Part shown: positions 12,682-25,309 of the stretch, piece by piece
How positions within the stretch are numbered: position 1 is the first letter of the stretch
Layout: the number at the start of each line of letters is the position of its first letter
Assembly (NCBI RefSeq): GCF_006345805.1
Contig: NW_021834495.1
Coordinates: 1-48,165, forward strand
Length of the DNA stretch: 48,165 nucleotides
Direction: 5' to 3'
From: Octopus sinensis
Lineage: Eukaryota
Notes under the pieces: model-generated
The model's database searches: none
Seen by the model: the letters and a program-made list of their open reading frames with translations, nothing else
What the model was told of the DNA's origin: nothing
Position numbers and translations under genes: made by a program

Positions 12682-12763
12682 CTTTCCTGATGAGAAGATT
12701 GCATCATACACCCTTTATTCCTTTGGAATGAAACCATGTGGTCTTCGAAACATATGTCGAGAG
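12682..12763 (+). ncRNA. Type I hammerhead ribozyme motif, Penelope-like (family H1)
   Basis: Stem I CTTTC/GAGAG; core CTGATGA 12687-12693; stem II GAAGA/TCTTC with long insert; GAAA; palindromic stem III ACATATGT; GTC cleavage triplet 12756-12758. Confidence 0.75.
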
Positions 12764-12815
12764 TAAAGGAATTTTGTTAACATCTTCGTTCGACTCCATT
12801 CTTTCATTTATTCAT

Positions 12816-12918
12816 ATTTCTAACCTCGTATATAGTAGGCACTAGGGATTTTGACTTTTAAATTAATTCAATTTAAAGGTCAAAATCCCTAGTGCCTACT
12901 ATATACGAGGTTAGAAAT
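12816..12918. repeat. Inverted repeat, 49-bp arms (one T-G), 5-nt loop
   Basis: atttctaacctcgtatatagtaggcactagggattttgac... versus its reverse complement. Confidence 0.9.
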
Positions 12919-13199
12919 GAAAAATATTTTCTAAGCAATGTCCGAGTCTCTATTTGCTGCCCGGCAGTGTTTATTCAGATGCATTTTGTGATATCGGGCG
13001 CGAAAATACCTTAAGCTAAGCCTGAAAGAATCATCCATAACTTGCAGTAAGCAACATTTATTAAAATAAAAGTATTCAGAACACAGAATAACATGTAACA
13101 AAAACAATTTGCCAACATATTTACATTCTCATATAACAGTTAAGAACATCACCATTATTGTATTACGCATGCACGGAAGTGTTTGTTCGACTAGGTGCT

Positions 13200-13336
13200 G
13201 CCGGCTTAATTACACATGACTCAAGTTAGAGAAGGGGTGCGTATTATACAGAAGGTTTAGGTTTTTCAGAGGTACAGCTCCCTAAAAATCCCCTGCATAT
13301 TATACTCAAGGGAGGACTATACTCGAAGATTTACGT
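13200..13336 (-). mobile_element. Possible pogo/Tigger-like MITE end
   Basis: Reverse complement TA|ACGTAAATCTTCGAGTATAGTCC...GTATAATACGCACCCC resembles pogo-type termini with repeated gtata motif. Confidence 0.4.
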
Positions 13337-13951
13337 TATGTATGTATGTATGTATGTATGTATGTATGTATGTATGTATGTATGTATGTATGTATGTATG
13401 TATATGTATCTCTCTATATATAAATGGCAAAATGTCTGCGTGTGTGTCCTTTATACAAATCCACAATTTTTCAGTTAGAGAGCTCGCACTTTCTATGGTC
13501 ATTCAAAACCATCCAAGGGTGATCGTGCACATCTTTACATTTCCCCAGTCACCCTGCAAAGCCATTAAAAAATCAATAGAATTGACTTTTTTGTGAATTC
13601 TCTATCCAAAACCCAATCAAAATGACCGAAACTTGATACGCCAATTGAATGTCAGCTAGCTGTATGTGATTGATCGGAGATTTGGACAGTACTCGCGTGT
13701 ATGTGCGCACGCACGCAGCTGTATATGCACGCACTAGCACTATGACCTGGCTGCCGGGTCATAGTGCTAGTATATATATATAACGAGAGAGAGAGAAATT
13801 TAAGTAAGATACAAGTAAAGACGTTATAGAATGTTATATAAAGGGCATCCACAGTTCTTGGCTACGTGATGTTATCATAAAGTGGAAATACACTTGGCAC
13901 TGGAAATACATCAGAAGTTCCATAACACCCGTAGAGTTTGTATGACAAGAC

Positions 13952-14252
13952 AAATAAAAGAAAATGGAATTGATGACATTCTTTATTTAGAATTCACTAC
14001 AATTGTTTCGATGCAATCTTCCTCTTTACAACATATGTGAGACATAGCACAAGTTGTGCAATGCGCCTCCTCAGGTTGATTAAATAAGTTCTTCGTTATA
14101 CCCTCTCACCATGTCACTCAGGTTGATAATGTATACGCAGTGTGATGTGTCATTTGCAGCCATATCATCTACGTACTACATGTGTAAGAATGGTCGAAAC
14201 CATTATACGGATTTAAAATAAAGAATGTCGTTAATTCCATTTTCATTCATTT
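13952..14252. mobile_element. ~300-bp element with ~55-bp imperfect inverted ends; Penelope-like pLTR derivative
   Basis: aaaatggaattgatgacattctttattt versus aaataaagaatgtcgttaattccatttt; contains hammerhead motif. Confidence 0.55.
13992..14080 (-). ncRNA. Type I hammerhead ribozyme motif (family H2), partly decayed
   Basis: Minus strand: ATCAAC-CTGAGGA-GGCGCA...TGCATC-GAAA-CAATTGT-A-GTGAAT; palindromic stem III ACAATTGT, GTA triplet; mismatches in stems I and II. Confidence 0.55.
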
Positions 14253-14294
14253 GTCTAAATATATATATATTTTCTTTTTTTTCTTTCCTTCTAT

Positions 14295-14405
14295 TATTTT
14301 TTCTTCAGTAATTTGCCTACAGCCATGCTGGAGCACCGCCTTTAGTCGAGCAAATCGACCCCAGGAATTATTCTTTGTAAGCTTAGTACTTATTCTATCG
14401 GTCTC
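14295..14405 (-). mobile_element. SINE family B tail fragment
   Basis: gccatgctggagcaccgcctttagtcgagcaaatcgaccccagg. Confidence 0.75.
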
Positions 14406-14425
14406 TCTCTTTCTCTCTCTATCTC

Positions 14426-14493
<68 letters not shown>

Positions 14494-15509
14494 CATATAT
14501 GCGTGTATGCGTTCGTGTGAGTTTGTGTGTGTATGTGCTTATGTATGTATGTATGCATGCATGTATGTATGTAGATAGATATAGCAAAACAGGAAATTGG
14601 AAACTGTGTGATATTATAATACACCACTAAACGTGTTTCATTTGCTTCGAAGAATTACAACGATTCACATGTTAGATAGAAAAAAGAAAAATGTTGAGGT
14701 TGATTCATTCGGCTAAAAGCTCTTGAAGGCATGGTCGAACTCTAATGAGTGAAAACAGATGAAATATAAAAGATATCTAGTATGTGATATAAAGTATATG
14801 TCACAGTATAGATTCTTCATGTAATATACTATGCTATGTTTAGGTGAAGGACATACATGTTTTATTGTTGACTACAAATGCTTATGTAGTGGACTATACA
14901 ATATTTTCTATATTACCAAATGTATTACCAGGAATCAACTAATTTTCCGTACCCATCGCTATACTCCTTGCGTTGTTGGGTATTGGTAGCATAATAAACA
15001 CTTGGTTTAGATTCCCTTGTGATCCTTTTCACGTAAGTCACTCCTCGAGACGTTCTCCCTGTGTGATACGATGAACACCTCACAATGTTCACGCGTATCT
15101 TGAAATATAGTACAAAGAATAATGAAGATTTAGACTTTAGCTAATAAAAATACGTTTCTTGTGTGTGTATGTGTGTGTGTACGTGTGTACTTATCCTTGT
15201 TTGTGTGTGTGTGTGTGTGTTTGTGTGTGTGTGTTTTCTGTCTGAAAAACCGGTGTTAAATCATCACCTTCCCAAGAATCTTGATGACTTTTCGAAACGC
15301 TTCTTTCATGGAAAGTAACACCTTTGTTTACGACATAGCAAGAAGGTAATAAAATGACCAAATTCTTGTTCGTTTCTTAATGAAACAATAAAGTCAGAAG
15401 ACTTTAATGAGCTATTCACAACAATAAATTTAAGCACACACACACACACAGAGCTACGCGTACGTACACTCACACACAAACGTTGATGGCTGTGTAGATG
15501 AGCAATTCG

Positions 15510-15625
15510 CACTCACGAGGTTTGGAGTTCAACCTCACTGCTTAGCAAAATCGGGCAAGTGTCTTCTTGTAGTCTCGGGCTGACCAGTGCTTTGTGTGTG
15601 GGAGTTTATTAGACGGAAATATGCC
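15510..15625 (+). mobile_element. SINE family B head/core fragment, diverged
   Basis: ggagttcaacctcactg...gggcaagtgtcttcttgtagtctcgggctgacc. Confidence 0.6.
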
Positions 15626-15743
15626 AAAGCCTCCGTGTGTGTGTGTGTGAGTGTGGGTGTACCTGCTTGTATGTCTGTGTGTGTGCTCATGCATGTGTTT
15701 GAATGTAGAAGTATAACCGATTCAATACACATACATATATATA

Positions 15744-15979
15744 TTGGGTTGGTGCATAATTATTGCGGCTTTCTTTTTTCAACAAATTTTATTCAACAAA
15801 AACAAGAGGAACATGTAACAAAAACATCTTTAAATGATTATTCCGGAGCATATTCACCATCTACTTCAATTACTGCTTCCCATTTGCTTGGCAGACGGTT
15901 AGACTGTCATTTAAAGTTGTTTTTATTGAATAAAATTTGTTGAAACAAAAGTCGCAATAATTAATTGTGCACCAACCCA

Positions 15980-15980
<1 letters not shown>
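15744..15980 (-). mobile_element. Mariner-derived MITE
   Basis: TA|TTGGGTTGGTGCA...TGCACCAACCCAA|TA; extended inverted ends; centre encodes mariner-like C-terminus (LNRLPSKWEAVIEVDGEY) on minus strand. Confidence 0.85.
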
Positions 15981-16025
<45 letters not shown>

Positions 16026-16074
16026 GTGTGCGCGCGCGCGCATATGTGTGTATACATACATATATGTGTGTGTG

Positions 16075-16300
16075 AATGTGGTGGTTTATTGGTAAAGGTG
16101 TTGCACTCACGAATGCGAGATCGTAGGTTCGGTTCCCAGACTGGGGGCTTTGCGTTGTGTTCTTGAGCACAGCACTTCATTTCACGTTGCTCTGCGATCA
16201 CTTCGACATCTGACATGTGACACCCAGTTGCACCTGTACAGGTAATGTCAATTTGATGGAGAGAGTGAGGTTATGTTTACACAAACATTTGATCACTGTG
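16075..16300 (+). mobile_element. tRNA-derived SINE with CORE-like segment
   Basis: gtaggttcggttcccagac B-box-like; gttgtgttcttgagcacagcac shared with 40585-40803. Confidence 0.6.
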
Positions 16301-16319
16301 TGGATGTTCAGTAAGAAAT

Positions 16320-17890
16320 TCAATTCTTTATTAGCCACTAGGGTCCGACACAGAGGGACAATAGAGAACCGAGAAGGTGGGGGTCATACATAGAATCGAT
16401 AACAAAATGAAATAACAAACGTGATAGTGTGTAAGCAGTGGTAACAATTAACAAAGTTCGAAAATTTTAAATATAAATGAGAATAACAAGGTGGCACTCC
16501 GAAAGGGGGAGCATGCTGGGATTGGGCGCAGAGACTCCACAAGCCACGAGCCACGACCCAAACTGGTCGTTCGCGTAAGACTTAGGGATTCACGCTCAAG
16601 TTCGTCTCCTAAGACTATTACATCCGAATCCAGTGACCTGACATCGTTGAGTTAGTATCCTTGCTTCCAATGCGATCCGAGGCCACGTACATTTATGCTG
16701 CCTAGCTTGAGCGAGAACACGAGAGAAAGTAAGATAAGAGGGATGTTACTTACGTTCTGTACTGAGGGAGAGTGATGGATTTTCCTACTCCCTTGGGTGG
16801 CTTGTGGGATTTCCTCAATTAAATTTTTGTATAAGTGTTTTGTGAACGTTCTTTGTAAATTTTCTGTCAGTGGGAGTATTTGTCTTTTAGTGGAATGTAA
16901 ATGTCACTGTATATGTTTACAATTTGAATGTGCTTGGGGACATGTGATTGCGGGGAATGGACTTGTACGGTGTGATGCTGAGGTTGTCTTCGTGTGTATT
17001 CCATGAGGGATGTATTTGTTGTGCTGATGGCTAGGAGGTTTGTGACTGTGTGGTTGGTGTGTGGAGCTAGCAGTGGAGCCGATGGTGTATGTGGGTGTGA
17101 GTGAAGATGGTTGTGTGTCTGTGTTTCGGTGAGGTCTTGGGGTGGAGTTTTTTCTTATCTTTTTTCTTTGGGTATCGTTCTCCATCCGCCATTGTTTTCA
17201 GTAGGGTCCAACTCAATGGGAGGTGAATCCTTTGGGTTTTGTGTGTCTTCCATTGTGTCCCGTGTGTGTGGTGCAATAGTTTCTAATACTGGATTCTGGA
17301 CTGTGGCGGTGTCCGCCACTGCCGTAGACGTTGATATGTCTTCTGAAGGTTCTATAGACTTGGCTGTTTCGGTGGGAAGTGGGAAGACTTGAAGTGCGTT
17401 CTGGGTTGGTTTCGTTGGGATCTTTTGGGGTGTCACCTTTGCTGGGGGTGGGTTATCTCTCATGCTCCCAGTGGGCAGAAGGCTATGAGGTGGTCTTTTT
17501 CCCACATCGGTAACACCTGGGTCTGCACCCTCCCGCCATCACACGCAGTATTGTGTCATCTTGTAATTTTATCAGGTCTGATATCTGTTCTAGGTCCTGT
17601 TGATTCGCTTGCATTAGCATCTCTATTACCTGCCCATCGGTTTTGTTGGTGCTGTTTGATAATTTGTAGTATGTTTATTTTGTCCTCAATGTCCTCAATG
17701 TCGAGCAGGACAGCTGCCACCTCCCATACACCGTCAATCTCTGGGAGCATTTCCCCAATTTTAACTTTTCAGACTCCTTGACCTAGGTAGAGAGCACTGT
17801 GGAGTGTTCTTTGGCTTCGTCTTCCGAAGTGAACTTCACCTCCACAGTGCCATATTTTTTCCTCAATCTACCAACGTATTTATCAATCTC
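16320..17890 (-). mobile_element. Internally deleted L1/Tx1-like LINE (decayed ORF1, start of ORF2, 3' end)
   Basis: ORF1 CCHC knuckle CYRCGKK/DHLIAFC (1-nt frameshift, about 17470-17520); APE start LKLGSINVRGL...DVIVLG at 16711-16600; AATAAA near 16330. Confidence 0.7.
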
Positions 17891-17992
17891 TCTGTGTGTG
17901 TACACATATACGCACACATATGCATATAAGTATTGATATATGTACACGTATATACATACATACATACAAACATACATACATACATACATACA

Positions 17993-18028
<36 letters not shown>

Positions 18029-19043
18029 TATATATATCAGCATTATTTACATTATCTACACAATGTATATTATTTACATAATGTATATAATTCCTCATCT
18101 CTTAGATATAGAACTGTACACGCACACTCATAAATCCGATGTTCACATCTTAATACCGTATTAGTTTGTATGGTGGTCATACACGACGCTGATACTGTGA
18201 GCCCTAAGGGACGGTCGATGAAAATTCCGCCGTCGGATGCTTAAACAATTTGCATTATATAAACAAATGTTTACTTATACAAAAATACTTCTATCGTACA
18301 ATGTTTCTTCTGTTGTACAAATGTAATTCTGTTGACAGCAGATTGACAAGTTCTTCTGTACTTTAGTTATCATTGTGGGTAGTTTTATCTTGGCATGTAT
18401 AATATTCAGTATAATTCGCAGTGTTCTCCCTCTAGAATATTACTAAACATTGGTTCTACGCTTTAGGTGACGTTTCATACTTCACTGCATCTCCTCAGAG
18501 TTGTAAAGAACTCTTCTGCAAATAGCATTTTACATCTCTAACGTGTGTATGGTTTGATAATATTATCTGCTTGTTTAGCCATCTTTCCTGTTTGTATATT
18601 TATTTATTACAGATATCGTAGATGAGAATTGATTGTTTTGTTTGCGTACTTTTAGTGTGCTGTAAATATGTGTCGGGCTGAATTTGCTTTAATGCTGCAG
18701 AAATAATGTGCTAATTTCTGCCGCTGCAATTTTTTAAATGTATCTTGATGGTGTTCCTGCATGCATTTAAATCTGTTGTACCTGCATACGAGGGGAACAC
18801 TTTCCCGGCGGCACGGCACACACTTAGAACACAGGCCGATTATTCAATAGATTTCAATTTCATAATTTTATACTTTTACAAAAACGTTGGTTTCATAATT
18901 AACTGATCCTCCTGTATTTCTTTTAACACAAAGCAAAGAACTTTTCAGCACTTCTTTGTATATGTATATCATGTTGAACCGGTAATCTCTTTTTCTCGAC
19001 ATCTTTTTTATTTCTTTCTGTCTCCATATTTTTCCTCTCAATC

Positions 19044-19079
19044 CTTTCTGTCGAAGAGCGTAGGATCGAAACATCAAAG
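19044..19079 (+). ncRNA. Minimal hammerhead-like motif, variant core (family H3)
   Basis: CTTT-CTGTCGA-A-GAGC-GTAG-GATC-GAAA-CATC-AAAG, within Penelope-like terminal fragment 19020-19150. Confidence 0.5.
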
Positions 19080-20519
19080 CCCTTTCCATTCTTCCCGAGC
19101 GTGAAGCTAATACACCTGCCTTCGTTTTTCGTGTTTTCCGTAAATTTGAACTATATATGTGTGTGTATATGTCTGTGTGTGTGCGCGGACACGTGTGACC
19201 GGTTTCTTTCAGATTCAGTATACGAAATCATCCGCTCACAAGGCTTACGTCAGCCCAGGGCTATTTTCTAATACACAACACTTACATAAGGAGCTACACT
19301 GCGGGACTAACCAACAGTTGTGAAGCAAGCCATTTACTATCAGTCGGTCAACATCTTAAAATCGCACTTTAATCAAAGACCAAACCTCATTATATGTATT
19401 GTACATTGAATTATACTTCTTACGTTCAACTGTAACAGACTACGATTAAACTTCATAATTTCGGTTACATAAGATTTAGGAATAAATCAGTGGTAGATTC
19501 TTAGATCTATAAACGTTACTCTTGGCAGTTAAATATATTTTTATCTGATAATGAGAATACAGGAAGGCAATTTTTTTTTTTTGAAAAAAATCTCAAAGTA
19601 ATTTGGTTAAAGAAACATATGTTCGCATCTTTTATCTTGTGTGAATGATATGCTTAATAACATATATTAACATATGTAGAAATATGTGTGTGTGTGGGCG
19701 TGTGTTTTTGTATCTGTTATGCACACACCCACACATGGACACAAACACGCACATACAAATTGATAATATATATATATATATATGCATGTATGTGTATATC
19801 TATGTATATATATATATATTATATATATATATATATATACACGCACACATAGAAATAGATATGAATGTAGATGTATGCATATATATACGAATATATTAGC
19901 ATATATATACATGCATCTTTATATACATAAATATATGTATTATGTATGTATATCTATCCATCTATCTATATATATATTATTTTATAATTTTATGTATTTA
20001 TTTATTTTATCTAGTTTCAGCTCACGAGGTGTGAGCAGACTGGGGCACCGCCATTACGGAAACATGTGTATATTACACGCAATATTGTCTGTGCGTTAAC
20101 CACAACTATAGTGGGGGGGGGGGTAGTCAACAAGATTGCTTCGCAACAACATGGCGCCAGGTCTACTCTCCGTGCACAGTATTTTGTCTCACTATCTTCT
20201 CATGTAACCAATGTACTGTGTGTGAATTTGGCTGCGGGAATCTGCACAGAAAGGAGCGCACTTTACTATTTATGTATAAATGAATGCATGTATATCAAAT
20301 GGTAAGGTCCCAGAAGTATTGTTCTGTCGTGAACTTGCTACCAGTAAGACAACACATTAAGGACACTGAATGATAAAAAGTTGCCGGTAGTCATTCAACC
20401 AAGCGTGTCTCTAACGAATGCCACCTCCACCTCATGTATTTATGTGTGTCTGTGTAGATATGTGTATGTGTGGGTGGGAAGGTATGTGTAACTATGCTTG
20501 TGTGTGAGTGTGGGTGCAG

Positions 20520-20670
20520 TTGAATTTTATAGAAAAACAAACGACGAAGACATGTCTATGAACAACAAGCAAGTATATTAGTTTGACACCAGGGAAAAAT
20601 GAAAAAGTCATTTACGTTTCGAGCCTACGCTCTTCAACAGAAAGGAATATGAGAAAATAGGCAAAAATAG
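20520..20670 (-). mobile_element. Penelope-like terminal repeat fragment (family H3)
   Basis: Homologous to 19020-19150, 24790-24905, 31145-31300, 32075-32230. Confidence 0.6.
20609..20644 (-). ncRNA. Minimal hammerhead-like motif, variant core (family H3, best copy)
   Basis: CTTT-CTGTTGA-A-GAGC-GTAG-GCTC-GAAA-CGT-A-AATG; perfect 4-bp stem II, palindromic ACGT stem III, GTA triplet. Confidence 0.6.
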
Positions 20671-20847
20671 AATGAAGATCACGACTGAACATCTTATTCT
20701 TTGGATTTGCATATCTGAACCACTTCCCGAACTTTCAGCACCTCTCCTCATCCACATGCCAGCACTCCACCTGGATTACCACTAGATCTACTGACTCTAC
20801 CTTCACGGATTTCAGTGGATTTTGTATTTATTTATATATTATACATT

Positions 20848-21045
20848 ATTCTTTTACTCTTTTATTCTTGTACTTGATTCAGGCATTTGACTGCGGCCAT
20901 GCTAGAGCACCGCCTTTCGTCGAAATAACCAACCCCGGGACTTATTGTTTGTAAGCCTACTATTTATTCTACCGGTCTAGTTACGATGACGTAAATACAC
21001 CAGCATTAGTTGTCAAGCGATGTTGGTAGGACAAACACACACAGA

Positions 21046-21103
<58 letters not shown>

Positions 21104-21270
21104 TACATACATATATATATATATATATATACATATATATATAATATATATATATATATAATATATATATATATATTATATATATATATATATATATGCA
21201 TACATATATATATACACGACGGGCTGCTTTCAGTTTCCGGCTACCAAATCTACTCACTCACATGGCTTTG
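20848..21270 (-). mobile_element. SINE family B, 5'-truncated, with expanded internal (TA)n
   Basis: Tail and body match 27933-28322; internal microsatellite 21050-21215. Confidence 0.8.
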
Positions 21271-21643
21271 GTATATATATATATATATATATATATACAA
21301 ACACACACACAATATGGGTGTTTGTATATATGCCAACCTCATAGCGGTACGTGTTAAAACATGAAAGTCATGGACTGGTAAGTCAACTGCCTCTAGTTCC
21401 GTTCAAGAGTGATGGATATCGATATTTCACTATTTTTATATCGATATAACACTCGCGCGCACACACAACACAATCACGCACACACGCGCACACGTATTAG
21501 GAGGTTAAAGGTTTCACAATATAAAGCGCTTAAAGACCCACATGCTGACTTATGACTCAAATACATTCGAGTCAGCTGAGTCGCCTATATATATGCATGT
21601 ATATATATCTCTATGTATGTATATATATGTATGTATATATGTG

Positions 21644-21723
<80 letters not shown>

Positions 21724-21831
21724 ACATATATACATATATGTGTGTGTATACATATATATATATATATATACGTATATATATGTATATGTATACGTATATA
21801 TATATATATTATATATATATATATGTATGTA

Positions 21832-21863
<32 letters not shown>

Positions 21864-21899
21864 CATATATATATATACACACACACAAACACTCAGATG

Positions 21900-21979
21900 A
21901 TAGATTACATAAGATAGATAGATAAATAGATAGATAGATTGATAGATAGATAGATAGAGAAACAGACAGACAGAAAGAC

Positions 21980-22070
<91 letters not shown>
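21900..22070. repeat. (GATA)n/(GACA)n microsatellite
   Basis: Direct reading. Confidence 0.95.
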
Positions 22071-22071
<1 letters not shown>

Positions 22072-22971
22072 GTATTATGCACGTATATAAGTATCTATGT
22101 ATGTATGCATGTCTGCATTTTGAACAACAGAGAAGAAATGAGGAAAGATCGAAGAAACGCAAAAAAAGGTAGAAAAAAGAAAAAGATAACGGGGACTCTC
22201 AAAGCTTTCAGAAAAACAAACAACCAAACATAGTAAAGCGTTACAGACTAACAAACAAACAAATAATAACTGATAAACAACGATAACAAGTAAACAACAA
22301 TCGAAGATAAAATAAAAATGAGAATTAAAAATGGCTGTTGCATTTAACACAGCAATCACTTCTTGCAGACGTAATTTAGACACCAGCGTTTAATGGTCGA
22401 CTGTTAAATTAAAATAACGCTTCTTTGAATTTTGTTTGAGCTCTCTCATGACTAGATAATTGCTTGCGATGTCTTTCTTATGCTTCATTCCAAAATATGT
22501 CTGCGTGTTTGTACGATTGGTTGTTTTTTTTCTTCTTTTTTTAGTTTTTAGTTATTTTATCTAGTGACATGTGTGTATTTGGTTTTCTTCATTATCTGCC
22601 TGTGTGCTTATTTCTGCCTCTCCCTTTTCCATCTCTCTTCTCTATTTCGGTCGATCCGTCCTTCTCTCTCTCTCTCTCTCACTTTCTCTTCCATCTGCGT
22701 AATTAAACACTTCGCTAAACACACCAATTCCAAAGAAGCTTATCTTTTCATAGATATGTTATCTACAGCATGATGTTAGCTGAGACGATACTAGTGAAGT
22801 GTCGGAGATGTTTCAGGAGAAGATACGCTATATGCATGTATGTATATGTATCTATGTATGTATGAATGTATGTATGTATGTATGTATATGTATGTATTCT
22901 CTCTCTCTCTCTTTACATATATATATATTTATTTATTTATCTATATATATATATATGTATGTATATATATA

Positions 22972-23056
<85 letters not shown>

Positions 23057-23224
23057 AGCATGTGTGCACGCATGCATGCGTATGTGTGTGTGTGTATAAT
23101 AGTAAGGTAGTAAATGAAGCATGTATATGTATTGTGGATGTATATTTGTATATGCATAGATGTAAGTGTGTGCGTGCGAACGTATCTGGTATATGTTATA
23201 ATATATATATATATATATATATAT

Positions 23225-23284
<60 letters not shown>

Positions 23285-23620
23285 TATACAAACTAGTGAG
23301 ACACACAATCAAGCATGTATACAAAATTTCATTATATCAAGTAAAAAAATTAAAAGATAAATGAATAAGGGAACACTACGTAAAACCATGAAGTAAAAAA
23401 AAACAAGGCCGCAAAATGCTAAAATGGAACATTGTAGAACGTTGCTTCATTGAGTTATACATAAAAATAATATAAGATTAACTAAAATTAACTCTTCTCT
23501 AGAGATTAGATTTGTATATGATGAAAGTGTTATCCGATTTACTATAACTGGCTGCAGCGCACTATATTCATATACCCACTCACATATTTATGTATGTATA
23601 TATATATTTTGATATTTATA

Positions 23621-24168
23621 TTGGGTTGTCCGGAAAGTTCGTGCCGATTAGCTTACCTTTCGACTTATTTTAGAACACGGTTGAATCCCTAAAATAGGAT
23701 TTGACTACATTTCCATTTAGAGCACAGTTTAAGTTATCTTTTCGTGGAAGAAGTTTTATATTCCTATAAGCTGCGTTAATTTTGTAACCCTTTAAAATGG
23801 AAGAAAGTTCATTTTCGGCACTTGATGCTTTGGGAACCAGACAAAAATTGCTGCAGCTCGGCTGGGATGTGTTACACTACTCTTCATATTCACCAGATAT
23901 TGCTCCTTCGGATTTCCACTCATTCAGGTCTCTGCAGAATAGTCTTAATGGTAAAAATTTCAACTCCTTGGATGACGTAAAAAGATACCTTGTTGAATTC
24001 TTTGCCATGGAACCACCTCAATTCTGGGAAGAGGGTATTTTCAAGGAAAGATAGAGACGCGTTGTGCAAAAAATAGTTCATATTTAGTTGATTAAAAATG
24101 GAAAGGCAAGTATTTATTGATATTTTTCTTTCCTTTAAAATTCGGCATGAACTTTCCGGACAACCCAA
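23621..24168 (+). mobile_element. Internally deleted mariner element
   Basis: 27-bp TIRs TTGGGTTGTCCGGAAAGTTC(G/A)TGCCGA, TA on both sides; transposase remnant TRQKLLQLGWDVLHYSSYSPDIAPSDFHSFRSLQN (mariner YSPDLAPxD motif). Confidence 0.9.
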
Positions 24169-24199
24169 TATTCATATGCATGTATATAAGTATGTATTG

Positions 24200-24578
24200 T
24201 AGCACTCCGTTGGTTACGATGACGAGGGTCCCATTTGATCGATCAACGGAAATAGCCTGCTCGTGAAATTAACGTGCAAGTGGCTGAGTACTCCACAGAT
24301 ACGTGTACTCTTAACGTAGTTCTCGGAAAGATTTAGCGTGACAATATGTGACAAGGCTGGCTCCTTTGAAATACAGGTACAACAGAAACAAGAAGTTAGA
24401 GTGAGAGAAAGTTGTGTTGAAAGAGTACAGCAGGGTTCACCAACCCATACTTTGCCGGAGCCGCGAGGAGCTATAGCTGCTTTCGCTCAGTAAATACTCA
24501 CAACGTTCGGTCTGGGATCGAAACTTCGATCCTACGACCGTGAGTCTGTTGCCCTAACCACTAGGCCATTGCGCCTCG
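24200..24578 (-). mobile_element. tRNA-derived SINE family C
   Basis: Minus head ggcgcaatggcctagtggttagggc (A box) ... gtttcgatccc (B box). Confidence 0.75.
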
Positions 24579-24594
24579 ACGTATATATATATAA

Positions 24595-24634
<40 letters not shown>

Positions 24635-24666
24635 GTGTATATATATATGTATTTTTACATAAATAA

Positions 24667-24719
<53 letters not shown>

Positions 24720-24789
24720 GTGTATATATATATGTATATATATATATATATAATATATATATATATACATAATACATATATATATATAT

Positions 24790-24905
24790 TAGTTTAAATA
24801 TTCAGGAAACAAAAGCCAAACAATTGAGAGAACAACAAACAGGTGTATTAGTTTGACGCTCGGGAAAAATGGAAAGGTCTTTGACGTTTTGTGAGAAAGG
24901 ACTTT
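24790..24905 (-). mobile_element. Penelope-like terminal fragment (family H3), hammerhead core deleted
   Basis: CCTTT-CTCAC-AAAACGTC-AAAG: stem I and cleavage site remain, core and stem II lost. Confidence 0.55.
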
Positions 24906-25309
24906 GGCAGGGAAATGGTGAGAGAAAGAAAGAAACGGAGAGAGAAATGTGTAATGATTAACATATATATGTATATAGAGTTACAGTAATATGTGTATTA
25001 TGTACATGTCTGTATGTGGTGTGTGTGTACGTGTGTGTGTGTGTGTGTGTGTTGTGTGTAATAGATGCATATATGTGTAATCTGGCACGAATCTCCTTTT
25101 CTGCTGAAGTTACTTTTTCACAATTTGCCATTTATAAGACAAGCTTAAATGATCCTTCGCAGCAACGATTACATTTTGGCGTAGAAACTTGTATTCCCTG
25201 TTGTCCTCTTATCTTTTAAACCGCATCCATACTAGGACAAAGCTTTGAGAGAATTTTTTGCTGAATGAATCGTCCCCAGTTGTTATTTCGTAAGCCTGGG
25301 ATATTTTTT

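Noticed and set aside
14930-15110. Possible minus-strand exon IRVNIVRCSS...KLVDSW
   Set aside because: Isolated, no phase-compatible neighbours or recognisable homology.
15275-15305. Hammerhead-like TTGATGA-CTTTTC-GAAAC
   Set aside because: No stem II pairing, no stem I and no valid cleavage triplet.
24500-24578. tRNA gene candidates at SINE heads (also 5978, 28322, 40803, 41942)
   Set aside because: A and B boxes are present but no complete cloverleaf was found, and each continues into a SINE body.
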